From: Candidatus Electrothrix sp. GW3-4
GTDB taxonomy: Bacteria > Desulfobacterota > Desulfobulbia > Desulfobulbales > Desulfobulbaceae
Direction: 5' to 3'
Length of the DNA: 32,000 nt
Assembly: GCF_037902255.1 (NCBI RefSeq)
Contig: NZ_CP147990.1
Span: 4,470,001 to 4,502,000 of the forward strand
A program made the position numbers and the translations under genes. This document shows, piece after piece, positions 8,876-16,711 of the stretch. Every line of letters begins with the position of its first letter. The stretch's first letter is position 1. The notes beneath the pieces were generated by a model that saw only the letters and a program-made list of their open reading frames with translations, made no database searches and was not told the origin of the DNA.

Positions 8876-10852
8876 TCATTGCAATATCCCTGCGGTTGCG
8901 TAATCCGGGGTATATTCCGGGACGATTTCCTGCATCACCTCTTTGATACCTCTGCTGTCGCATGCTCCAGCCTTTTCTATAAGCCGCTCAAGGCCTTGGA
9001 ACAGGTGCAGGTAGTCTTTCTGGTTACTCCGCAAGACCATGATCTTTTCATGGCCTGTTTCGACAATACCTTCCCCTTCGGTGATGAGTTCTTCATAGAG
9101 TTTTTCCCCCTCGCGGAGGCCGGTATATTTAATCTCGATTTCTCGCTCAGGTATCCGGCCAGAAAGCTTGATGAGTTCTCTGGCCATATCTGCAATTTTG
9201 ATCGGCTCGCCCATTTTGAGGAGAAAGATTTCTCCCCCTTGGCCCATGGCCCCTGCCTGGAGGATGAGTTGGGCTGCCTCCTCAATGGACATAAAAAAAC
9301 GGTTGATATCCGGGTGGGTGACTGTTATCGGTCCTCCCCGTTCAATCTGTCGCTGAAACAAGGGGATAACAGATCCTGAGGAGCCCAGGACATTGCCAAA
9401 ACGGACTGCCATAAAAACGGTACAGGGAGCCGGTTCCTCATTATTTGTTTCTTCGTCCTCAGCAAGCGAGCACAACGGGGTTGCGTAGGCCTGCATCAGC
9501 ATTTCGGTCAGTCTTTTGGAGGCCCCCATCACATTGGTGGGACGGACTGCCTTGTCTGTCGAAACGAGGACAAAGCGTTCAACGAGATGGACCAGAGATA
9601 TCTCTATCAGGTGCTGGGCAGCCAGGACATTATTTTCCACCGCCTCCCATGGATTATTCTCCACTAAGGGGACATGTTTATAGGCAGCAGCGTGGAAGAC
9701 AACCGAGGGCCTATATTGGCGGAAGACCTTGTTCAGCAGTCCTTGGTTCTGTACCTTCCCCAGTATGGGGACCAGCCGGGAAAAATGGTATTCATGCAGC
9801 AGCTCCATGTGTATGCTATAGAGATTCTCTTCCCCGGCATCCAGGAGAATGAGGAGCCGGGGAGAAAAGGCGAGTACCTGACGACAGAGTTCAGAGCCGA
9901 TTGAACCCCCGGCCCCGGTAATAAGGACCACCTTGTTTTCCAGATAACTCCCAATCATGGCAGAGTCTAAATGGACTTCCTTTCGCCCCAGCAGATCAGC
10001 GTAGGAGATTTCCCGTATATTTTTAAGCGAGATATTGCCATTGATGAGCTGGCCGATTCCAGGGATTGTTTTGTAGGGAAGCTGTGTTTGCTGACAGATG
10101 TCGACGATATGCTGCATCTGGGGCCCTGTTGCCGAGGCAATGGTTATCAACACCTCCTGTGCCTGCAGGCGCAGGGCATGCTCCGGCAGCTCATCAATCA
10201 GACCAACCACCGCTATTCCATGGACCCTGGTGGCGATCTTATTCTGGTCATCATCGACCAGGCCGACAGCCGTATAGGGGAGACTGTGATTCTCTTTGAG
10301 CTCCCGCAGTATTTTTTCTGCTGCGGAACCCGCGCCAACCAAGAGCAGCTTTTTTTTTAGGCCAGTATATTGATTACGTCGTACGGACCGATTTTTTTCT
10401 AGTTTTTGATAGCCAAAACGTATTGAGACCCTGTTGCCGCTGATCAGGAGGAAGGTGATTAAGGCATCGATAATAAAGACCGAGCGGGAAAATCCCTGAA
10501 AGGTATAGAGGTAGGTTACAGCGCTCACGATGACGATGCTTGCGACGCATGTCCCCTTGAAGATATTGATGAGGTCTGTATAGCTTGTATAGCGCCACAT
10601 ACCTCGGTACATTCCGAAGCTGTAAAAAGTGAACAGCTTTATCATGATGATAAGTGGCTGGATGTTGAGGTGAGCATAGCGGTAGAGCAGCGGCTCTGTG
10701 TCTATAAATCGGATATAATAAGAAATATTATAGGAGGTGATGATCAGCACCAGATCAGACAGTAAGAGTAACCAGAAATTACGCTTGGTCAGCTGAAATT
10801 TCAGATGGGAAAATTGCAGTGGTAGCTTTTCGCTCAGAGAAGTGCTGCTCAT
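8876..10852 (-). CDS. membrane-bound polysaccharide biosynthesis protein, CapD/PglF/WbpM-type NDP-sugar 4,6-dehydratase
   Basis: N-terminal TM helices, then two Rossmann regions ('LLLVGAGSAAEKI', 'VLITGAGGSIGSEL') and 'VFHAAAYKHVPLVE' (the YxxxK region of the extended SDR family). Confidence 0.9.
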   Translation of the reverse strand: MSSTSLSEKLPLQFSHLKFQLTKRNFWLLLLSDLVLIITSYNISYYIRFIDTEPLLYRYAHLNIQPLIIMIKLFTFYSFGMYRGMWRYTSYTDLINIFKGTCVASIVIVSAVTYLYTFQGFSRSVFIIDALITFLLISGNRVSIRFGYQKLEKNRSVRRNQYTGLKKKLLLVGAGSAAEKILRELKENHSLPYTAVGLVDDDQNKIATRVHGIAVVGLIDELPEHALRLQAQEVLITIASATGPQMQHIVDICQQTQLPYKTIPGIGQLINGNISLKNIREISYADLLGRKEVHLDSAMIGSYLENKVVLITGAGGSIGSELCRQVLAFSPRLLILLDAGEENLYSIHMELLHEYHFSRLVPILGKVQNQGLLNKVFRQYRPSVVFHAAAYKHVPLVENNPWEAVENNVLAAQHLIEISLVHLVERFVLVSTDKAVRPTNVMGASKRLTEMLMQAYATPLCSLAEDEETNNEEPAPCTVFMAVRFGNVLGSSGSVIPLFQRQIERGGPITVTHPDINRFFMSIEEAAQLILQAGAMGQGGEIFLLKMGEPIKIADMARELIKLSGRIPEREIEIKYTGLREGEKLYEELITEGEGIVETGHEKIMVLRSNQKDYLHLFQGLERLIEKAGACDSRGIKEVMQEIVPEYTPDYATAGILQ

Positions 10853-10876
10853 ATTTCCAGACTATAGTGTATCTCT

Positions 10877-10905
10877 ATAATATTTACAAAAAGTTATTGA
10901 TTCAA
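10877..10905 (-). promoter_or_regulatory. candidate sigma70-type promoter upstream of the CapD-like gene
   Basis: The minus strand reads TTGAAT (10905..10900), a 17-nt spacer, then TATTAT (10882..10877), about 25 nt upstream of the ATG at 10852. This is sequence match only. Confidence 0.35.
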
Positions 10906-11026
10906 CGAACGGGTCATTCTTAAACAAGAAAGCGCTGCAGAGCCGGTTTCCTGTTTCCGGGCAGAGAGGGGAGGAACTCAAGCAGGAGTCGCCATAATGT
11001 GACAGCATCGTCCGTGTTTTTTCCTC

Positions 11027-13180
11027 TCAGGAAGTGCTCTTTGCCGGAGTTATGGCCTGCTGTGCTTCCTCCTTACTGTTGTTCTTGCCATAGCCATAAC
11101 CGTAATCATACCCATAACCCTGCTGTTTACGCGTTCTGGTAAGGACAGCCCCGAGAGGGCGTACGTTTACTTTTTCTAAGGCCTTTAAGGCAGTTGTTGC
11201 GGCCTGATAACTGGTGCTGTGCGCCCTGACGATAAAGGCGACCCCATCAAGAGAACTTGCCAGGATAGCGACTGCGTTGGAGGCCATGACCGGTGGTGTA
11301 TCGACAAGGATCAAGTCAAATTGCTCAGCGAGTACGTGCAGTAATTGTTGCATCTTTTCTGATAAGATCCAGTCCGTAGGGTTTGGCGGGAGCAAGCCGG
11401 TGGGAAGCAGGAAGAGGTTTTCCTGCGGGGTTTTTCTGATAAGTTCACTGGGAGTGACTTCTTTATACAGGTAGGTGAACAGGCCCGATTCGTTGGGTAA
11501 GCCCAGAATTTGAGTCAGTCCAGGTTTGAAAAAATCGCCATCCACCATTAAGACCTTGGCTCCAGCTTGCGCATAGCTCTGACCGAGGGCCAGGACCGTG
11601 GATGTCTTTCCCTCCTTGGGGAGGGTACTGGTTACCAGGAGGGTCTTGAGCAGGTGTTCCTTCCGGTAAAAATCCAGCATGTTCTTCGTTTCCTGATATC
11701 CTCTGGAGACCTGAGCATCTATCTCTCCTCCTAAGGATATCGCCGCCTTCCGTTCAGGGATGGCCCCAATGAGATCCATACCGATTAACAGCTCCAGATC
11801 ATCTTGGCTTGTGATAGTATTGTCAAAGTATTCGAGAAGAAAACAGGATCCGGCCCCCAAAAAGAGACCGAGTACTCCGGCAAGGAGCAGGCTACGCGGT
11901 GCGTTCGGGGAAGAAGGATATTGAGGAACCTCTGCCTTGTCCAGTATTCTGATGTTATTTGAGGTGATTGAGTTGCCTATGTCTGTTTTTTTCAGCTTTT
12001 CGAGAAGGACGCTATAGAGTTGTTTGTTCGCATCAGCTTCTTGTTGCAGCTCACCGTACTCTATGGCCTGCTCTGCAATTTTATGGGCCTGTTTTTGCAG
12101 GGGCAGCAGGGATTTTTTCAGGGCCTCTTCTTTTGTCTGCAAAAGATGATATTCAATCTCCAGGTCCCTGATAGCCTTTGCTGTTGCTGCAGAGATCTTT
12201 TGTTTGAGAAAGGAAAGCTGGGTGCTCAGGCGGATCCTTTCCGGATGATTCTTTTTGAATTTTGAGGAGATCCGGGCGAGTTCAATTTCGATTTTATCGT
12301 GCTCCCCTTTTAAGAGCTTGATCTGCGAGGTCTCCAGGAGTGCAGGAAGATTTTCATTGGGGTGCAACTTGTCGGAACGCCCTCGAATTTCCTGCAGAAT
12401 CGATTCTTTTTCCAGACGCTGCAGAGCGAGTTTTGAGATATTGTTGTTCAGTTCCGAGATCTTGTCATCAAGCGCGCTTTGCTTTTTGTCAATAGAGGTC
12501 AGCTCTTCCGCCTGGGTGTACTTGAGGAGATCCATTTCAGAGTGCTGCACCTTGGCCTTAAGGGTGGTCACCTGCTGGGAGAGCCAAGTGAAGGTGTCGT
12601 TTGACGTGGCCCGAAGGTCTTCCAGGGTATAGGCAATATATATTTGGGCCAGGGTATTGACATACAATGCGGCCTTGTCAGGATCAGGGTCGGTCACCTG
12701 TAATTGGATAAGATGGGTGTTGGGCAAAAGCTGCACAGAAATTTTTTTGCCAAATTGCTTCACAGGATCAGGCTGTGCAGTCCTCTTGGTACCTGTAGGG
12801 AAGATGTTCGGCAGCTTGATCCAGTTCTTGCTCATGGTGCCATCGCTGCGGGCTTCTTTTTTTGGGGGGGACTTAGGTAAGTTGAGCGCAGCTAAGACGC
12901 GGCTGATTACCTTGCGCGAGGTTATGATCCGTTTCTGCATGGCAAGAAAATCGCCGCCTTGCTGGAGGTCTATGTTGGCGAAATCAGCAAGCGATTGTTT
13001 CGTGGGCTCAAAAATCAACAGGGCCGTTGCCTTATACAGAGGAACCTGGCGGGAGGAAGACACCCCTGCGAGCAGTATCGTCACAAGAAAGATAGCGATG
13101 AGGTAGGGATATCTCCGGCGGAGGATAAGTAAAAACCGCTGGAGATTTATTTCCTGTTCCTGGATTGCAGGCTGCGTCAT
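11027..13180 (-). CDS. polysaccharide co-polymerase / BY-tyrosine autokinase (Wzc/GumC/EpsG-like)
   Basis: An N-terminal TM helix, a long coiled-coil periplasmic region and a second TM helix, then a cytoplasmic P-loop 'STLPKEGKTSTV', Walker B-like 'LILVDTPP' and a Tyr-rich tail 'GYGYDYGYGYG'. Confidence 0.85.
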   Translation of the reverse strand: MTQPAIQEQEINLQRFLLILRRRYPYLIAIFLVTILLAGVSSSRQVPLYKATALLIFEPTKQSLADFANIDLQQGGDFLAMQKRIITSRKVISRVLAALNLPKSPPKKEARSDGTMSKNWIKLPNIFPTGTKRTAQPDPVKQFGKKISVQLLPNTHLIQLQVTDPDPDKAALYVNTLAQIYIAYTLEDLRATSNDTFTWLSQQVTTLKAKVQHSEMDLLKYTQAEELTSIDKKQSALDDKISELNNNISKLALQRLEKESILQEIRGRSDKLHPNENLPALLETSQIKLLKGEHDKIEIELARISSKFKKNHPERIRLSTQLSFLKQKISAATAKAIRDLEIEYHLLQTKEEALKKSLLPLQKQAHKIAEQAIEYGELQQEADANKQLYSVLLEKLKKTDIGNSITSNNIRILDKAEVPQYPSSPNAPRSLLLAGVLGLFLGAGSCFLLEYFDNTITSQDDLELLIGMDLIGAIPERKAAISLGGEIDAQVSRGYQETKNMLDFYRKEHLLKTLLVTSTLPKEGKTSTVLALGQSYAQAGAKVLMVDGDFFKPGLTQILGLPNESGLFTYLYKEVTPSELIRKTPQENLFLLPTGLLPPNPTDWILSEKMQQLLHVLAEQFDLILVDTPPVMASNAVAILASSLDGVAFIVRAHSTSYQAATTALKALEKVNVRPLGAVLTRTRKQQGYGYDYGYGYGKNNSKEEAQQAITPAKSTS

Positions 13181-13283
13181 CGTTGTCGTTTGGAGAGGAA
13201 GAGGTTTGTCGGATATAATGCAGTTGCTATTTGCTTTTGAATCGCGGAAAAGATTGCTTCAGCTGTTCAACAGATTAACGTTT

Positions 13284-14459
13284 TCACCAGAAGCTGAGCG
13301 GGACCTCAATGACATCTTCAGGCAGGATCAGGCTATCCATGGCCGCCTCAATCTTTTTGACCTTGCCATTTTTCACCCGTTTAATAACGGAATTTTTTGG
13401 AGCAGCTTTCTTGGTAGCGCCTCCTGCCAAAACGAGCGCTTTCATGAGGGTCAGGCGGGGCTCATAGGGGAAGGCTCCTGGATTTTTGACCTCCCCGACC
13501 ACATGAAAGGAGTGGACCTCCGGGATAAAGATGGTATCGTCCGGTTGCAGGACCGTGTCCATCGCCCCTTTTACATCTGTAACCCTGCCATCGCGCATGC
13601 GTTTGATGATCGCATTATCAGAAGATCCTTTTTCGGTCAGTCCGCCAGCCAGGGCTATGGCCTTGAAAAGGGTGATTCCTTCCTCAAAGGGGAAGGAGCC
13701 AGAATTTTTGACTTCACCTATTATCTGGAAGGACCTCGTGTCCGGTATATAGATAACATCATCTGGCTGGAGGTAGATGTTTGCTTCCTCTTTCCCTTCC
13801 ACCAGCAACTGATGGAGATCTACATAAGAGGTTGTGATTTTCTTCGTTCCGGGGGGCGCTCGCATGATCTGGGCCTTTTGCCCACTTGTAACTGTTTTTC
13901 CCAACTGCTTGGAAATGCCCTCAGCCTTTATCAGGAGATCGAAGAGTCGGGTTGGCCTGTCAAGATAATAGACGCCGGGCTTGCCGACATTGCCCAGTAT
14001 CTTGACTTTCTTGCTGAGGTATTTGCTGACAGCGACACTGACGATGGGGTTGAACAGGTAGTCTTTTCCCAGCAGGCGGGTGAGTTCGTCTTTTATGGCG
14101 GCAACGGTCTTGCCGGAGACTTCCAGCTGTCCTATAAGGGGGAAAATAATATCGCCGTCCGTTGACACCGTGTATTCCCCCTTGAGGTCTGGGTTATCAT
14201 AGACCGCTATTGTAATTACATCCTCTGGTCCGACAATATAGGTGGTTGTGCTGGCATCTGGGCCCGCAGGAAGGGCAGGGCGGCTTCCTTTTCCGGCCTG
14301 GGATGTTGTTTCCGTTTGAGAGGAATGTGTCGGCTGAAGGGGGCCTTGCTCCGTAGCCCAACCCCAGTTGGGCAGACAGAGGGTCGCAATAGCCAGTACG
14401 AGCCAGCAGGCGACCCTGTTAGAGAGAGAAGGTAACAAAGAAGCCGATCCTGTTGTCAT
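13284..14459 (-). CDS. polysaccharide export protein (Wza-like, Poly_export + repeated SLBB-type modules)
   Basis: Signal-type N-terminus. 'YIVGPEDVITIAVY' (PES-like motif), then repeated 'G.V..PG.Y......T L..ai..AGG' blocks with 'LQPDDVIYIPD' and 'LQPDDTIFIPE'. I use the ATG at 14459, which is preceded by GAGGAA; the track start at 14513 is a GTG. Confidence 0.85.
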   Translation of the reverse strand: MTTGSASLLPSLSNRVACWLVLAIATLCLPNWGWATEQGPLQPTHSSQTETTSQAGKGSRPALPAGPDASTTTYIVGPEDVITIAVYDNPDLKGEYTVSTDGDIIFPLIGQLEVSGKTVAAIKDELTRLLGKDYLFNPIVSVAVSKYLSKKVKILGNVGKPGVYYLDRPTRLFDLLIKAEGISKQLGKTVTSGQKAQIMRAPPGTKKITTSYVDLHQLLVEGKEEANIYLQPDDVIYIPDTRSFQIIGEVKNSGSFPFEEGITLFKAIALAGGLTEKGSSDNAIIKRMRDGRVTDVKGAMDTVLQPDDTIFIPEVHSFHVVGEVKNPGAFPYEPRLTLMKALVLAGGATKKAAPKNSVIKRVKNGKVKKIEAAMDSLILPEDVIEVPLSFW

Positions 14460-15678
14460 TATATTCCTCTTCAGCCTTGTCTGCTGCTCGTGTCGCGTAT
14501 TGATAATGCGCACCGGCTTTGAGCCAATCCTGGATTGGATAGTCCAGGGTCGCCTTACCTATTAATGTTTCAAGGGAGTCTACTTGGTCCAGTATCTGAT
14601 AGCTCGCCGTCAGACCCGCCTCTATTCTTTCCAGCAAGGTGCTCTTCAAAGCAAGTTTGAAGAGAGTCACATCATAGGTATCAGTAATGGATTGCAAGGT
14701 ATATGAGCGAAGCCTATTTCGGGAGGCTTGAAGGGTCAGCTCAAGTTTGTCGTAGAAGTTATGCCTGAAGCCCCCATTATATTTCAGGGATCCATAGCTG
14801 TTCGTGCCCACAGAGGCCTGCAGGGAGGTCCAGGGGGTCAGCTTGACCTCTATCCCGGTTTCGCCGATTGCTTCAGAAAAATCCTCTTCCCCTGCATCGT
14901 CGTAGTCAATTTCTCCCAAGCCACCTTCAAGCCAGCAGGAGAATCTATTGGGTCCCTCCCAGAGAAACCCAAGAACACCCTCGACGTCCTCCTGATTGCG
15001 ACTCGTCGCTCGATCAGAATCTACACTGCTCAGCTCGGCAGCCAAGTAGCTTTTCCAGCGTCTTGTAACAGGGATGGTCAGCCGTCCGTTCACCGTATCG
15101 GTGTCGTACACCGTTTTTTCCGGTTGATCGTCATATTCTTCCCAGAGATGGGAATAGGCTGCCTCTACGGACGTTCGTTCTCCAAAGCTGTAGGATGACT
15201 GCAGACGGTAGGTATTTCTTTGACTGTCTGAAACCCCTATTTCCGTATAGAGATGCTGATCGAATTGTTCCTTCTCAAAGGTATCGGAGAGAGCTATCTG
15301 GAGCCCGCCAGTAAAGTTGAGATCCATTCCCACACCAGCCTCCAAATTTATCTCGCCGTCAACCATATCCGCCCCTTGCCGATAATCTCCGTTGAGCAAC
15401 AGGTTCAGGTTATGGTCATTAAAAAAATGCGTCATATCAAATGCCGGGATAACGTGAAAGGTCAGGTCCTCCTCCTTGTCGGCATCGTTGACCAAGTCAA
15501 TATTGTCATCCTGCTCCGCACTCAAAGTGACCCCCAGCGTGGCTTCCGTATTGGCGGTCTGCATCGCTGAAGCCCCGCTGCTGGCTAACATAAGTCCGCA
15601 GGAGCAGATCAGCGGGATAATTACTTGGGTCACTTCTTTTCTGGGAGCGAAGACAGTTGATCTCATTTTTTTCTCCAT
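14419..15678 (-). CDS. putative outer-membrane beta-barrel protein of the EPS export module
   Basis: Signal peptide ('...LMLASSGASA'), alternating-polarity strands throughout with many Y/G/D/T turns, and an aromatic-rich C-terminus ('RIGFFVTFSL'). It lies directly upstream of and overlaps the wza-like gene. The fold is inferred, not demonstrated. Confidence 0.5.
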   Translation of the reverse strand: MEKKMRSTVFAPRKEVTQVIIPLICSCGLMLASSGASAMQTANTEATLGVTLSAEQDDNIDLVNDADKEEDLTFHVIPAFDMTHFFNDHNLNLLLNGDYRQGADMVDGEINLEAGVGMDLNFTGGLQIALSDTFEKEQFDQHLYTEIGVSDSQRNTYRLQSSYSFGERTSVEAAYSHLWEEYDDQPEKTVYDTDTVNGRLTIPVTRRWKSYLAAELSSVDSDRATSRNQEDVEGVLGFLWEGPNRFSCWLEGGLGEIDYDDAGEEDFSEAIGETGIEVKLTPWTSLQASVGTNSYGSLKYNGGFRHNFYDKLELTLQASRNRLRSYTLQSITDTYDVTLFKLALKSTLLERIEAGLTASYQILDQVDSLETLIGKATLDYPIQDWLKAGAHYQYATRAADKAEEEYNDNRIGFFVTFSL

Positions 15679-15713
15679 CTCTTGTTGAGGAGATTATAAG
15701 GAGGCTACGCAGC

Positions 15714-16361
15714 TCATATTTTTTTCGGTATAGAACTCATGGTCACGACAGCCTTTCCTGTTTTCTCAAAACGTAGGCCTGTCGGAAAGGCTGTTTCGTT
15801 ATTCGGGTTAAGCTTGGCATTGGTTTCAATACCTCGTATCGAGAATCTCCTGAGCGGATGTTTAAATTTATACAGGGACCCGCCTGCTATATCGACATCG
15901 GAGTCAACAAACTGTTTCGATTGTTCATTATAGAGCCACAGGTCAAAAAGGTTATCGCCAAGCCCCTGAGGGAGTTCCACCGCAGTGACCCCAGGCCCCT
16001 TTTCAACCGAATAATCATAGCCAATCGCGACAACCGGATCTATCCATATGGTTGTTGCCGTACTTGTCACCCTCACCCTGATTGTAAATCTTCGTCCCCC
16101 GCTTTCCAGCTCAATCTCCCTTACAGGTAAGATGGGATTCTGGGCTGTATGTCCTTGCCCCGCACGCCTGTTCTTCCCCAGGAGGAGTTTTTTGTCCGCC
16201 TTAATTAATTGCGGGGGATCCTGCCCTATTGGGCTTACAGGGCTTAATGGTTGCCGATCCTGCAAACCTTGTTCGCTTTGTGCATACGCATCTCCTGGGG
16301 GGGTAAATAAGAGCAATACGAGTAATGAAAAAGAGGAGATGAGTGCAGGGACTGTATTCAT
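15714..16361 (-). CDS. secreted protein of unknown function
   Basis: AGGAGA lies 8 nt upstream of the ATG. Signal peptide 'MNTVPALISSFSLLVLLLFTPPGDAYA|Q', a Pro/Gln-rich linker, then a beta-rich domain ('IDPVVAIGYDY', 'FSIRGIETNAKLNPNNETAFPTGLRF'). Confidence 0.6.
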   Translation of the reverse strand: MNTVPALISSFSLLVLLLFTPPGDAYAQSEQGLQDRQPLSPVSPIGQDPPQLIKADKKLLLGKNRRAGQGHTAQNPILPVREIELESGGRRFTIRVRVTSTATTIWIDPVVAIGYDYSVEKGPGVTAVELPQGLGDNLFDLWLYNEQSKQFVDSDVDIAGGSLYKFKHPLRRFSIRGIETNAKLNPNNETAFPTGLRFEKTGKAVVTMSSIPKKI

Positions 16362-16711
16362 GGCTTTTTCTCCTGGAAAATAAAGGCTCGTGGTGAGGTC
16401 GTTCGTGATAACGTAGAGGAGTCTTGTACCACCATCGTTCTCTCGTTAACCATTACCAATAAGTATTATACAAAAAGTATAATATGATCAACCAAAAATA
16501 AAAAAAACAATGTATTAATAATGTTTCGTATTCTTTGGAGGGGGAATATTGTTGCGCTGTAACTAAAAAACTCGAACTGTTTTGCGGAAAAATAAAACTG
16601 AAAAAAATACCCATGCCGCTAGCACATGCTAAAAACGCGGAGTGCGTACTGAAGGGGAGGGTGCGCGCGGATGTTTGACAGATATCCACCACTAGCGACG
16701 GGAGTTGTTTT

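Noticed and set aside
13206-14165. 319-aa plus-strand ORF, the longest plus-strand ORF in the EPS region
   Set aside because: It lies entirely antisense to the wza-like gene, whose translation carries clear Poly_export/SLBB-type motifs. The plus-strand product has no motif and an odd composition, so it is an antisense shadow ORF.
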